NCBI GenBank assembly: GCA_002269645.1
Contig: NIVC01002752.1
Location: 1 to 64,000 of the forward strand
Reading direction: 5' to 3'
DNA from: Macrostomum lignano
Lineage: Eukaryota
DNA length: 64,000 nt
The notes beneath the pieces are model-generated. The model did no database searches. It saw only the letters and a program-made list of their open reading frames with translations, and was not told where the DNA came from. Each line of letters starts with the position of its first letter. The stretch's first letter is position 1. Made by a program: the position numbers and the translations under genes. Below, in pieces: positions 38,901 through 52,409 of this stretch.

Positions 38901-41900
38901 TGTTGAAGGTGCCGACTGCGTCCGGATGATGACTAAATGCTTGTGAGACTAGCTGAGGTTGTCCAGAAGTTGAGGCTTGCCCACTGTCGAGGCTTGATTG
39001 GCGAAACTCTAGAAATTCGCATCAGGGTGTTCATAGTCGCCTGGTGTCATCTGTTGAAGGTGCCGACGGCGTCTGGGTGATGACTAAATGCTCGAGAGAC
39101 CAGCTGAGGATACCTAGCACTTGAGGCTTGCCCACTGTCAAGGTTTGATCAGCGAAACTAGAGAAATTCGTATCAGGGTGTTCATAGTCACCTGGGGCCA
39201 CCTGTTGAGGTCCAGAAGCTCCGCATGGGTGAAGGCTAGTGACCAACGAAGTTACAGCTGATGCAGACACTTGTGATCGACGTGCTGATGAAATTTGGAG
39301 ACTTGGCAAGGCTGCAGTGAAGCACAGTGCTGATTAACGCACAGTAGTGTACTGAATACACTAGCGCTTATGGGAAAAATCGACCTTCTGGCAGAATCGT
39401 CGAATATTGCGACGGTCTGGAGGGCTGGCGACTTGATTCTTGTTTGAGAAGGTGTGCAACAAAAAGTTAGCCCGTGTTCTTGAATTTCGTGTGCCTGCGT
39501 TGCTCCGTTCCGGCGCAGCAAAAAAATTGTCATGGAGGGGGAGAATTCCCCCTCTTGGTAGTTCTACTGTTAATACATAATGAAAAATAATTATATCTAA
39601 ACTTTAAATCGATAAAGACATAAAAGATTGTCAATGAAAACCACATGGTTTGTCTTAGACTATGTTAATAACCTATGTCTAATTTATATGCTGTTTTATT
39701 TTCAGGTAGAAGGGCAGATTTCTCATCAGCTGGCATATCCCCTGGAGATGGTACGTATTGTACATTGAGGTTATTTGTGTTTGTGTTGGCAACAGTAGTT
39801 GTTAAGTTCTTGTCCTATTCCAGATCCAAAAGAGTTGCTACGCAAAGTTTCTGAAACGTTTCTCAGCCGCAGTGCTCAGCCAGCCAGCACTGTGCGCAAA
39901 GTTCACGTGTGCAATGCCCTGGTGCGAATGACCAAACGAATCAAGGCCAATGTTAGCTCTGACGATCTCTTTTGCAGGTGAGCATAGACCTGATACTTCT
40001 ATACTCGAATATAGTTATATCTACTCAAACTTTTTGTTTCTTCAGTTTATTGCCGGCCTTTTTTCAAGACTGCCGCGAGGTCCGAGCCGCTGGGCTGCGC
40101 TGCATTCGAAAATTTCTCACCGATCAATCCGCTGTCAACAGTTTCTATAAGTTTCATTTCGATCTATGTGTTGCCAAGTAAGCCTTAATTTTGTGCTTCA
40201 TATTTTCAGTATCTCCGAAACTATTGATATTTTAAGTTGGTTTTTTGTGTCCACGTCGCTAAATTAGGATTCTGTAGTGCTGAATTAGGATTCTGTGTCG
40301 CTAAATTAGGATTCTGTAGTGCTGAATTAGGATTCTGTAGTGCTGAATTAGGATTCTGTATCGCTAAATTAGGATTCTGTATCGCTAAATTAGGATTCTG
40401 TAGTGCTGAATTAGGATTCTGTATCGCTAAATTAGGATTCTGTAGTGCTGAATTAGGATTCTGTATCGCTAAATTAGGATTCTGTATCGCTAAATTAGGA
40501 TTCTGTAGTGCTGAATTAGGATTCTGTAGCGCTGAATTAGGATTCTGTAGTGCTGAATTAGGATTCTGTGTCGCTAAATTAGGATTCTGTAGTGCTGAAT
40601 TAGGATTCTTTAGTGCTGAATTAGGATTCTTTAGTGCTGAATTAGGATTCTGTGTCGCTAAATTAGGATTCTGTAGTGCTGAATTAGGATTCTTTAGTGC
40701 TGAATTAGGATTCTGTAGTGCTGAATTAGGATTCTGTATCGCTAAATTTGGATTCTGTAGTGCTGAATTAGGATTCTGTATCGCTAAATTTGGATTCTGT
40801 AGTGCTGAATTAGGATTCTGTATCGCTAAATTTGGATTCTGTAGTGCTGAATTAGGATTCTGTAGTGCTGAATTAGGATTCTGTAGTGCTGAATTAGCAT
40901 TCTGTAGTGCTGAATTAGAATTCTGTAGCTTAAAAGTTGGCTTTGAGTCTTGATGTGAAATTGGTTAGAGCAATAGGAATGAACCAATGGTTAATCCACC
41001 CCCCGCAAACAGATGCCTGGATCTCGGTTGCCTAGACGAAGAGGCTAGCTTGGCGCCCTTATTTCAAAGCGAACGCTTCCAAGCTGTCAAAATGATTCGC
41101 CAATTGACTACCTCTGGCGGCGGCCGAGTCCCAGCTAGTCTTGTTCAGCCTCTGCTCTCCATCTGTCGCTACGCTGACAGAGAGGAGCGTCGCGATCAAC
41201 TGATGAAGGTTGGTATAGATAATATAACATGAGGTTTATGATACCTGTAATAATAATAGTATAGTGCACTGTTTCTGCTAGAAGTAAAATTTCAAAATAC
41301 TCAAATATCCCCACTGCAGTTTCTGGGCGTAAAAAGTCTGTTTTTCAGTGCTGAAATAAAAAGTTAAATGTTCGCAGGAGGGCTGTGTGGGCAGCCTGGC
41401 GCAATGCCTTCGGCGACATCGTCCCACAACCAGCGCGGAGGCTAATCTGCCCATTCCGCTGACTGCTGAGCACATGCAAGCGCATCAATACTGTACTCAG
41501 GCACGCACTCACACACGCTCACACAGGGTGTACAGCAGCCCTGGCTTTCTAATCGTCAGGCACGACAGCCCCCGGCCAATTTTCGTGTACACAAGCCCCA
41601 AATGAATGTGTTTGCGCACGGAATCGAGCCAGGGGTCATGCTGAGCTGCACCGCTCTCATGCAGTTCTGAGTCCTATAAGGAGTCGCTGCTTGCCAGGGA
41701 AATTTGGCTTAACTTGTTGTACTGACTGGGACTGATCCACTAATCATACATGCGCAACAGTCGGCCGATCCGGCCGACCGATTTGGCGGCCAACCAAAGG
41801 AAGTCGCAAAAATGCCCACACGAAAAAATATCCAAGTAGTAGTACTAAGTAGCTGACGAGGCATTTTGACTTATAAGACAGTTATAGTTACCCCTGCCGT

Positions 41901-44900
41901 TTACCCAAAGTTGCGTTAACATGTAAGTCGCATTTTTGGCCAAAACTACGTCACATTTTTGTTAAAACTAAGTCGCATGGCCGACCGAATTTTGGAGGTT
42001 GTGCATGTATGCCACTAATCCATTGCGCAAATCCACTGTTACTAGGATAGGATTTTATATTGCATGTTAAAACAATTTCCAGACCGCTCTCTATCTGCTG
42101 GCTGAGCTTGGCGCGCTGAACCCGTCCCAGCTTGCCGGCAGCGGAGCTCTCAAAACTGTACTGCAAGCTGTACTGGACACAAGCCTGCCGCCCAGGTGTA
42201 CAGAGGCTCTTGTAGGCGTATTGGCGCACCTGTTGAATAGGCCGGATACTCGGCGCTACCTGCGACCATTGCCCGAATCGCTGCATTGCCTGCTTAGCCC
42301 GCTTACCAATCCCACCAGCTGCCGGGGTGGCGACGGCCGCCAGGCCGTGCTGTGCTTGTTCCGCACCTGGCCAGGCCTATTGTCGCTGTCGCCTCGCAGC
42401 CTGGTTGCTATGCTATTTGTTAATAGCGAAGAAGCTCGCTCGGCGCTGGTCGACTTCTTTTTCGATTTATTCCTGGTGCCGAAACCGGCCGCCGGTGTGA
42501 CGGAATTCAATGAGGCGATCAGGTGAGTAATTTAAGTAAATAGTTTGTATGACCTCATCGGACTTTTACATCTGTAAAACTTAACTTCACCCCTTTATCA
42601 CCCATAAACTGTTCAATTCCCAAGCTGTAACAAACTCAACCTTCGCATTCTCCAAGCTTCACAATCCCGAATTCACCATCCCTAAGCTTTACAATCCCAA
42701 GCTTCACAATTCTAAATTCACCATCCCTAAGCTTTACAATCCCAAGCTTCACAATCCTCAAGCTTCACAATTCCCAAGCTTCACAATCCCCAAGCTTCAC
42801 AATCCCCAAGCTTCACAATCCCCAAGCTTCACAATCCCCAAGCTTCACAATCCCCAAGCTTCACAATCTCCAAGCTTCACAACCCCCAAGCTTCACAATC
42901 CCCAAGCTTCACAATCTCCAAGCTTCACAACCCCCAAGCTTTACAATCCCCAAGCTTCACAACCCCCAAGCTTCACAATCCCCAAGCTTCACAATTCCCA
43001 AGATTCACAATCCCAGGCTTCGCAATTCACAAGCTTCGCAATCCCCAAGCTTCGCAATCCCCAAGCTTCGCAATCCCCAAGCTTCGCTCACGATCCTCAA
43101 GCTTCACAATTCCCAAGCTTCACAATCTCCAAGCTACACAGTACCGACCTTTTTGGCTTGCTACCTAGTCACAGCAGGGTAAACTCAAACTCATCTTAAT
43201 TCGCCCCACGCCCTGGGATGTTTGAGGGTGACGCGAACAGCCTATTTAATCATCCTAGTACTAACCAACCAATTTAGTATGCTTATTTGGCATTTGCCAG
43301 TCTTTGATATTGTTTTGTATTGTAACATTAATACTTTCATAGTTGTAAATACATATTTATTCGTATTTCAGGTGCCTAGATCCTAGCGACGATGCCTGGG
43401 ACCTAACTGATGGATTTGTTGCAGCCGAAGGCAGCGATCTATTAGACTACCGGTGCCCCACCCGATTGAATCTATTAGATAATCACCTGGCTTTCCTGTT
43501 GCACCTGTTTGTACAATGCGGTCTGGCTCACGGCCTGTCCAGTTTACTGGCTGACAAATCTTCTGACCAGTTGGGCATTCGCTGCGCTTTGCTGCTTGGC
43601 GAGCTCACCCATCGGAGTCGGCTGCTGCCGGCCGCTCTGCGCTCAATCAGTGCCGCCCTTAGCGCCCCGGCTCTGCTAAGAAATCAACGCGCATTGCATT
43701 GGCTGGCAGCTGTGCAGCGCGCTCGGGAGAAACCGCCGCCGCCTAAAAATGTGCTTCTAGCAGCGCTTGTCTCTCAGGTAATGTATTCCTGCTAAATTAC
43801 TGGTAGAGTTGACAATATTGCCATGGTCCTGAGCCGCTCTGAGCCTTGGTGTGCTGTTTTGGATCCTTGGTGTGCTGTTTTGGATCCTTGGTGTGCTGCT
43901 CTGGATCCTTGGTGTGCTGCTTTTGATCCTTGGTGTGCTGCTCTGGTTCCTTGGTGTGCTGTTTTGGATCCTTGGTGTGCTGCTTTTGATCCTTGGTGTG
44001 CTGTTTTGGATCCTTGGTGTGCTGCTTTGGATCCTTGATGTGCTGCTTTGAATCTTTGGTGTGCTGCTTTGGATCCTTAGTGTGCTGTTTTGGATCTTTG
44101 GTGTGCTGCTTTGGATCCTTGATGTACCTTGCTGATCCTTGATGTTTGGATCTTTGGTGTGCTGTTTTGGATCCTTGGTGTGCTGCTTTTGATCCTTGGT
44201 GTGCTGTTTTGGATCCTTGGTGTGCTGCTTTGGATCCTTGATGTGCTGCTTTGAATCTTTGGTGTGCTGCTTTGGATCCTTGATGTACCTTGCTGATCCT
44301 TGATGTTTGGATCTTTGGTGTGCTGTTTTGGATCCTTGGTGTGCTGTTTTGGATCCTTGGTGTGCTGTTTTTTATCCTTGGTGTGCTGCTTTGGATCCTT
44401 GGTGTGCTGTTTTTGATCCTTGGTGTGCTGTTTTGGATCCTTGATGTGCTGCTTTGGATCCTTTGGATCCTATGTGGAATTTTCTGAATCCTTGGCAGTT
44501 GATTTAAAGGTCTAGTGAGTGGCACTTGGTAAACCACAAAGAAGCGCTGCTTATTCATTAAAGCATCTCGCCGCCCCATTTCAGACCAAGCCTGTCAACA
44601 CTTCCCTGCTGGCTTCCGCGTCGGCAGCTGCCTTAGCCTCCGCCTGCGCGTCTTTGGCTGCCTGTCCAGACGACCCGGACGACTGGGCATGGCCGGAGAT
44701 GCTCGGCCTGGTCCGCTGCTGCCTACAAGTTGACGTCTCTACAGACGGCGGCTCAGGCGCCGGTTCCACCATTTCCCTCGCCGCTCCTGTCGCCGCCGCC
44801 AGTCCGACTGCTCTGTCCGATTGGTTGGCGGCTGCCCGCCGTTTGTGCGCATTCTACAGCCCGCCAACAACCGGAGCTACCGCTGCCTCATTCGTGACAA

Positions 44901-47900
44901 TGCCGCTCAGTTGGCGCCACGCTGCTGACGCTTATCTAACTGGCATTGAGCTCATTCAGCTGATGGCCAAATTGCCAGATTCCAATGAGCTGCACAAATG
45001 TGTCATCAGCCTGGTTGCCAATCTGTCAGCTTACGTGCGCAATCGGCTAATGTCTGCACCTAGCCTATTGGTTAACACGTGCGCCAGATACGCGCCAGGA
45101 CTGATTGGCGCGCTAACAGCCTCGGAGCGCGGCGAGGAAGCTTTAGAGGCGTGTAACGCCAAGCAGCTGCTGCTAGATCTCGTGTCCGACCAGGCGCATT
45201 CCTATTTTCCCAAACTGGTTAGTACAATTCTTGTTTGATCACACGTTGCGATGCTGATATTTGGGACAGAGTGTCAGGGGCACTGACACTGTCAGGGGCA
45301 GTGTCATGGCGCTAAAATGAGTGTCAGGGGACGCTAAACCGGGTATCAGGTGTAAGTGGAGCTAAGAGCTGTACTGTGGCGCTAAAATGAGTTGTCAGGG
45401 ACGCCAAAATGATTGTCAGGAAGAGCTAAAATGGTTATCAGGGGTGGAGCTAAGATGTACTCTGTGTCACCAAAATGAGTTTTCAGGGGCGCAAGAATGA
45501 GTGTCGGGGGGGGGGCCGCTAAAGTGGGTATCGGGGGAGTGGAGCAAAGATCTGTACTGCAGCGCTAACATGAATGTCAGGGGGGCGCTAAAGTGGGTAT
45601 CGGGGGAGTGGAGCAAAGATCTGTACTGCAGCGCTAACATGAATGTCAGGGGGGGGGGGGGCGCTAAAGTGGGTATCGGGGGAGTGGAGCAAAGATCTGT
45701 ACTGCAGCGCTAACATGAATGTCAGGGGGGCGCTAAAGTGGGTATCGGGGGAGTGGAGCAAAGATCTGTACTGCAGCGCTAACATGTATGTCAGGGGGGG
45801 CGCTAAACTGGGTATCGGGGGAGTGGAGCAAAGATCTGTACTGCAGCGCTAACATGTATGTCAGGGGGGGCGCTAAACTGGGTATCGGGGAGTGGAGCAA
45901 AGATCTGTACTGCAGCGCTAACATGTATGTCAGGGGGGCGCTAAACTGGGTATCGGGGGAGTGGAGCTAAGATCTGTGCTGCGGCGCCAAAATGAGTGTC
46001 ATACTGTAATCATGAGTGTCCCACTGCCCCCACTGCGCAGGTTCTGGCTAGCATAGACTACACTAGAAATGGCGGATTCGGCCGTCTACTGCTATCTAAA
46101 GCGTTAAGCAGCGGCGACGAAGACTGCCGACTGTATGCCACCCGGTTCACGACTGTCCTGTTGCGCGCCGATATGCCGTTCTTTGCCAACTGGGGCATCG
46201 AGCTGCTTGTCAAACAGCTGTACGACACTGATCCGACCGTGTGCCAGACAGCCCTAGCCGTGCTAGAAGAGGCCTGCGAATTAGAAGTAAATAAAAATAT
46301 ACTAGTACGCCTTAGACCAGCCGCTGTGCACCTTGGCGATCAAGGCGCTGTGTTTATTGCTAAACTGTGCGGCTTCAGCTTAGGCTTCCGAGTACTGCAA
46401 GAGTCCAATTGGTTTCAGCAGCATTTTGATCTTTGGTGCGACCGATTGTGCAACAGCTATCCTATGCTAGTCGAACAGACGCTGACCGAAGCGCTCACTG
46501 GCTATGAGATACCGCCGCCAGGGCAGGACTTTGTGAGGGCCTCGTCTCGGCCAAAATCTGCGCCAAGGTAGTAGCGTAAATTAATTGCTTGCTGAAAGTT
46601 AAGCAGAACTAGTAGTGGTTAGTTCCCAGCTACACTCGTAAATAAGCTTGCGTAACTCATTCACCCTAGGGAGTTTCCACACCCAAGAACACAAATTATT
46701 TTCACGCATCCGCAGGCGCGTCCTGTTGCCAACGCATCTATTCGGTCAGCTGGCTTTACATAAAGAGGGCTTCGATTTTTTGCGCAATCAATCGTGCGTG
46801 CGAAAATCGATCGATCTAGTCTACCAGCTGCTGCAGCCTGGCCAGAGATTCGATACTGAAGCTGAAATTATCGCTGCCAAGGCCGCAGTGTGGTCCCTTG
46901 GCCATATTGGCAGCACATCCTGGGGCCTGCCACTATTAGAACAGGAGCGAGTAGCGCCCGCACTGGCTATGCTAGCTGAACAATGTCCCGTGCTATCTGT
47001 ACGCGGCGCCTGTTTCTGGTCTCTTTGCTTAGTAGCGGCTACAGAGCGTGGCTGCGATCTGCTTGCCGACCTGGGCTGGGAGGCACTCCGCAGCAATCGC
47101 AGTCAGCTCTATCCTGTTGTACTGCCTAGGCCAGATCAGCTGTTACTGCCAGCTTCTGTTAGTCCGCCAACGACAGAATCTGTTGCGGATAGCTGGCGCC
47201 TATCGCAGGATTCAGTTATAGCCAATGGCAGTCGGACTAGCTCTGTCGGCACAGCGGACGGTATATTAGTAAGTTTGTTTTATTGGATATTTTGAGGAGC
47301 AAGGTTTCAATCCGTGCACCTACCTAATCACTTGGCAACCATTGTTATCTTATCTTGATCGCAACCCAGGGCCGGCCGCACTCTCTATCAGCTGCATCTG
47401 GCGGGCAATATCATTTGCACGTGTCTTCGGTCAAACAGCAGCACCAGACTCGAATTCATCAAAGCAGCGATTTGGTTCGAAAAACTCGCAGCATCAGCGC
47501 TAGCGAATGCGACGGCGTCTCTATTAAAATTGTTAGCAGCGGAGAACACTCGGACGGACTATCTGCCGATGCTCCCAGTGCCGTTGTGGTAGCAGCCGCT
47601 GCGGCCGCTGTTACTGCCGGATCTACCGCTGCTAACCAGCAGTTGGCTCTGCCCAGCTCAGTTTCCACCTGGACTGGCGGTACCGTTCGGGCTCTCCAAC
47701 AGCAACGAGTAGCTCTGACCCTAGCGGCCAACTCGCCGTCATTGAGCGCTCTTGACTCTGCCGCCGTCGGCAGTTCGACATTGTCTCTGACTGGCGGCCT
47801 GCGCGGCTGCGGCGGTCACAAGTCAGCTGCCGCTCTCACTAAACGATGCGGCGCCACAGCTGGCGTGCTTTACCAATGCCTAGCCCTGCCTATCGATCCG

Positions 47901-48509
47901 ATTCGCGTCACTCTTTGCGACTGCGGCTGCGACAACGAATTGCCAGCAGCAGCAACATCAGAAGCATCTGATCAAAGTTTGTCAACGCCGACTAATAATA
48001 ATACGAATGGCGACGCTGCCGGTGTTGCATCAGCCTCGGCAGCTTCCGACGGCACCAGCGGCTACGCTAGCCGGTCGGACTCGAAGCCTCATCTCAACGA
48101 CACCTACGGCTGCAATGGCCGGAGCGGCAGTGTCGCAGACGTGGACTCTACAAATGGCAGCAGCGGCTCCGGCTTGGAATTGCACACCGAAGAGTCCTGC
48201 ATTGCCTGCAGTTTGTTAGCTTACCGCGGACTTCCAGTACCGCCAGCTATGGAACTATTAGCTGACTCGGCCGCCTCGGTTGCATGGATTCGCAGGGAAA
48301 CAGTCCGGCTAGTTGGCCAGCTGGCCTGCCATGTCAATCAGTCGCGAAACGAGTCCGCCCTCATCCAATTAAAAGCTCGTCGGCCAGCCGCGTTCAGTCA
48401 GGACCTGTGTCTGTACTCTGAGGTGGCCCTAGTCCTGGCTAAGCATCCCTATTCTAGACGATCGCGCGCCTTTGTCCAGGACCTATTTGCTGACTCGGCA
48501 TTCGACATT
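35917..48509 (+). CDS. RICTOR: Rictor (mTORC2 scaffold), at least 11 coding exons, about 1421 aa to the last supported donor
   Basis: Exons: 35917-35953, 39706-39750, 39824-39977, 40046-40177, 41013-41208, 42083-42522, 43372-43777, 44585-45217, 46041-46567, 46716-47268, 47370-48509; phases are consistent (4263 nt). Rictor-like blocks EVRAAGLR, DGFVAAEG, NLLDNHLA, CRLYAT, FFANWGIELLVKQL, LPTHLFGQL, SVRGACFWSLCLVA, HTEESCIAC, DLCLYSEV. The first exon is less certain. The C-terminus is unresolved (read-through to stop 48530 or a short last exon, e.g. 48865-48912). Confidence 0.92.
38897..39569. mobile_element. Single-arm copy of the foldback element in Rictor intron 1
   Basis: Two 151-bp-type units plus the terminal arm ending CTACTG|TTAA (39564-39573); more diverged than the 4927-8473 copy. 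Confidence 0.85.
40255..40928. repeat. Minisatellite, 21-bp unit GCTGAATTAGGATTCTGTAGT, Rictor intron
   Basis: Direct periodicity, 7-aa period in translation. Confidence 0.96.
42640..43135. repeat. Minisatellite, 16-17-bp unit CAAGCTTCACAATCCC, Rictor intron
   Basis: Direct periodicity. Confidence 0.93.
43845..44465. repeat. Minisatellite, 21-bp unit GGATCCTTGGTGTGCTGTTTT, Rictor intron
   Basis: Direct periodicity. Confidence 0.95.
45270..45992. repeat. G-run-rich minisatellite, about 69-bp unit, degenerate at its 5' end, Rictor intron
   Basis: GCGCTAAAGTGGGTATCGGGGGAGTGGAGCAAAGATCTGTACTGCAGCGCTAACATG... repeated about 7 times from about 45517. Confidence 0.92.
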
Positions 48510-49295
48510 GTGAGTCTCTTGATTGGGTAGTGTTTGTTTGCAGTCAGCTTTATATATTAATTATTATTAATGAAAGCTAACTGGAACAAAAATTCCCATT
48601 TCAGCTGTACTCGATCCCAACGGCTAATTGACAGTGTTAAGGAAACCCTTTTTATATCAGACATTTCAGAGTACAAATAACTGCTATTTTGGCTTTTATC
48701 GCTCATATAGATTTGGCCTTTATGACCCGTGAAAAAAGAAATTTTTAGTGTCTGCGCACTAACAAGCTTTACTAACTGTATTTTTATGTGTAAAGCTATA
48801 ATTATTGAATAGTTTGTCAAATTTCTATAGAGCATAATATAATATTGATTATGTTATTTACTAGGATTCTGTAAACGTGATTGTGCAATGTATAATTTAT
48901 GATAATGACTGAAAAGTCTTTTTTTACAGTCAAAAGTTGTAATTCATCCATTCCGTGTAGAATTGTTACCAACTCATCTTTTACAATAATTTTGAAATTT
49001 TAAAGCGCGTTGCGGGCATTCACTAAATGTTTTGACTTCGACTTCATAGGGCTTAAATGTAGTCTATGGTATTAAAGGGATTGATTAAGTGCCCGCCGCG
49101 CAAAAAAAGGTCATGGTACAATATTTACCATAGACAGTCTCTCTGCGGTCATGAAACCCGTTTCGTAGACCTTTGCATCGCTGAATCAATTGGCTTTTGG
49201 CCATAGACCAGTCTCAGTTTGAACCTCTGTTTCAATTCTATAGACAGACTGACAGACTGATTCTATTCTATAGAATTGGGAGCAATATCGATTAA

Positions 49296-49484
49296 GGGGC
49301 CGTATGCAGAAAGCTCTGTCTAGGGTAGTCCGGTCTTGAAAAGCTAGTCTGGACTTGGATTTGGTATGCAGAAACGCAAAGTTAGACCGGTCTACTATAG
49401 CAGAACTAGGCTAGCTAGACCATAGACTGAACTACACAAGTCCGGACTAGCTAGTCTGGACTAGGCTTTCTGCATACGGTAAAA
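49296..49484. mobile_element. Small MITE, possibly PIF/Harbinger-like
   Basis: 15-bp inverted repeat CCGTATGCAGAAAGC (49300-49314) / GCTTTCTGCATACGG (49465-49479); CTAGAC/GTCTAG-rich interior; TSD not clearly resolved. Confidence 0.6.
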
Positions 49485-50445
49485 GATATTCTCAGAGTCA
49501 GTTTTGTCACTATTTATAATTTAAAATTGCCTACCTATTTATTTCTCTCCCATTTGTATGAGAAAAACGTTTTTGTAACAAAAAATTTATTCCGATTGAG
49601 CCATAGTCTGTTTAGTGGTGTGCTTTAAGACGAATTAATCAAATGTTCCCAGCATTGATTTCCTTTATTGTGCGTTTTTTTGCTAAATATGTCTGGAAGG
49701 TTATACCTGTGATACAGCAGCCACCAAAGACAGTTATTTACCCTCGTAATTGTGTAAAATTTATTTATTAGCCAAATATCCTACTGGCTACAATTGCCAG
49801 TTTTGCTAATTCACTTTCAAAACGCACACACATTGCATTACTATTGAGTAGTGTCGCTTCTTAGGCATTAGAATTTGCTGGTAGTGTAATTTTAAAGTGC
49901 ACTTCATTGCGCATCATGATTTGTGTTAATAAATTGTAACAAAGAGAGATAATTGGTTATTTATTGTGTTCGCCTTTCACTAAAGTTGTGGAGATTTTAT
50001 TTGCTTTCTAATTCGTTCACTAATAACGTCAAGTTTAGTAATAGTCGAAAAGATGACAATAGTTTCTGAAGTTTATTAATTCATATCCCAATCTCTACGC
50101 TTCATATTTTTTGCCCCAAACCACAAACTCGCTCTTTCTCTATGTCCTTTACAGTCACGAAACCTTTATAAATCTTTCGCTAGTCTGTCGTACATTTCTT
50201 TGTATTTCTTGTTTATCATATATAAATGCATGAGCTTCAACATCAACTCCATAATCCCTGGGCTGGTTCATTAACAATATCAGAACTACTTTTATTAGTT
50301 TATATCACTTAGAATTTCTATACCACGGTATCTAAGAAATGAGCACACTATCCAAAAGTTAAGGTTAAAGTATCGCACTTTGAGCTACTTAATAAGTAGT
50401 AGCATGTGCATTTATTGCCGCCTATGCATTGAATTTCAGCCCAGA

Positions 50446-50976
50446 ATGACCGAGGCCAAAGACAAGACAAATGTGATGCGGGACATCCGCATTGCTAAGC
50501 TTTGCCTAAACATCTGCGTTGGCGAGTCTGGAGACAGACTGACCAGGGCCGCCAAAGTGCTGGAGCAGCTCACCAACCAGCAGCCGGTGTACAGCAAAGC
50601 ACGGCTCACCGTCCGCTCGTTCGCCATCAGGCGCAACGAACGAATCGCTGTCCATTGCACCGTTCGAGGAGACAAAGCGAAGGACATCCTGGAGCGAGGC
50701 CTGAAAGTAAAGGAATATGAACTGCCCAGGTCCTGCTTCGCTGCGAATGGAAACTTTGGCTTCGGAATCAATGAGCACATTGACCTCGGCATCAAGTACG
50801 ATCCCAGTATCGGCATCTTTGGCATGGATTACTACGTTGTGCTGCAGCGCACCGGTAACCGGGTGCAGTACCGGCGTCGCAAGCGAAACCGCGTCGGCCC
50901 CAAGCAGCACATCGCTCGCGAGGAGGCCATCAAGTGGTTCCAAACCACCTATGACGGCGTCATCATGAACCGCTGA
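50446..50976 (+). CDS. RPL11: 60S ribosomal protein L11 (uL5), copy 1, intronless, 176 aa
   Basis: [26 protein letters not shown] and [23 protein letters not shown]; TTTCAG acceptor at 50438-50439, 6 nt before the ATG; AATAAA at about 51065. Confidence 0.97.
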   Translation: MTEAKDKTNVMRDIRIAKLCLNICVGESGDRLTRAAKVLEQLTNQQPVYSKARLTVRSFAIRRNERIAVHCTVRGDKAKDILERGLKVKEYELPRSCFAANGNFGFGINEHIDLGIKYDPSIGIFGMDYYVVLQRTGNRVQYRRRKRNRVGPKQHIAREEAIKWFQTTYDGVIMNR

Positions 50977-51878
50977 TTGATTGATGACGGACTGACTGAA
51001 CGTTAGCCCTTCTGGTTTGAGGTTTTGCTCTGTGTTTCGATATCAGTGTAGAAATAGTGGAGCTAATAAAAAGGTTTTTTAGAGAGATTAAACGCGCAGT
51101 AAAAAGTCTGACATTCAGAAGTTCTTTTCTGAAAGGAGGACAATCTCAGAGTGACTCGCTTTAATAATAATAACTAAGAGAGACAATGATGGGCGCACAG
51201 AACAGGGGGTACGGTGCTAGAGGAGTGGTGGCGCGCAGCGCAGTCACGAGAAAAATCGATATGAGCATGAAGCATGCAACAAGCCTCCATCTCAGAGTCG
51301 GAATTCCAAAGCACTCATTTAATGACCTGTTCGAAAATAAAGTTGGGCTGAAGACTGCTAGAATTTGGCCCTTTATGGGCTTTTGCGTCGCTAGTTGCTT
51401 TGTTTCTATTGCTTTGAGTTTAGCACTTGGCCATTGTGCGGTTCCAGACTAATTGCAAATGTCAGCGTCATTATGTTTATGAGCCGCCAATAATTTGAGA
51501 TGAGATTTTGTCCGCATCTAACTGTAATTGCGAGCGGAATAAAACTGTACTCACTCGTGCTAACTGCTGGAATTTTGGCCTTTTGTCGGGTTCAGAGATT
51601 ATTTGACATCCTAATTTGGAATTCGATACTCTCTGTTCGGCTTTTGTGTTTCAAGTTGTTTTCTTTCCATTGCCTTAAGTTTTGGAGCATTATTTTAAAC
51701 AATTAATCACCCGTCTTTATTCCCTATCACTGCTCTATCAGGTGTACCCAAATCTCTCTGCCAATAGATCTTCCAATAAGTCACTGCCATGCAATAGAAC
51801 TGGCGGACTTTGAGATACCCAACAAGTAGTATCATATGCACTTAATGCCTCTTCCTATCCAACAAATTTCAGCCCAGA

Positions 51879-52409
51879 ATGACCGAGGCCAAAGACAAGA
51901 CAAATGTGATGCGGGACATCCGCATTGCTAAGCTTTGCCTAAACATCTGCGTTGGCGAGTCTGGAGACAGACTGACCAGGGCCGCCAAAGTGCTGGAGCA
52001 GCTCACCAACCAGCAGCCGGTGTACAGCAAAGCACGGCTCACCGTCCGCTCGTTCGCCATCAGGCGCAACGAACGAATCGCTGTCCATTGCACCGTTCGA
52101 GGAGACAAAGCGAAGGACATCCTGGAGCGAGGCCTGAAAGTAAAGGAATATGAACTGCCCAGGTCCTGCTTCGCTGCGAATGGAAACTTTGGCTTCGGAA
52201 TCAATGAGCACATTGACCTCGGCATCAAGTACGATCCCAGTATCGGCATCTTTGGCATGGATTACTACGTTGTGCTGCAGCGCACCGGTAACCGGGTGCA
52301 GTACCGGCGTCGCAAGCGAAACCGCGTCGGCCCCAAGCAGCACATCGCTCGCGAGGAGGCCATCAAGTGGTTCCAAACCACCTATGACGGCGTCATCATG
52401 AACCGCTGA
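51879..52409 (+). CDS. RPL11: 60S ribosomal protein L11 (uL5), copy 2, intronless
   Basis: Coding sequence appears identical to copy 1 (alternative-frame ORFs in the track are also identical); acceptor at 51871-51872. Confidence 0.97.
   Translation: MTEAKDKTNVMRDIRIAKLCLNICVGESGDRLTRAAKVLEQLTNQQPVYSKARLTVRSFAIRRNERIAVHCTVRGDKAKDILERGLKVKEYELPRSCFAANGNFGFGINEHIDLGIKYDPSIGIFGMDYYVVLQRTGNRVQYRRRKRNRVGPKQHIAREEAIKWFQTTYDGVIMNR

Noticed and set aside
40237-40953. 238-aa (GFCSAEL)n ORF and similar repeat ORFs at 43797-44579, 26648-27362, 28541-29207, 52630-52872
   Set aside because: They lie in introns or intergenic minisatellites; open frames follow from stop-free units, several on both strands.
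50380-50445. N-terminal extensions of RPL11 (198 aa) and RPL27 (162 aa from 58283)
   Set aside because: TTG-started read-through upstream of a splice acceptor; absent or different in the second copies.
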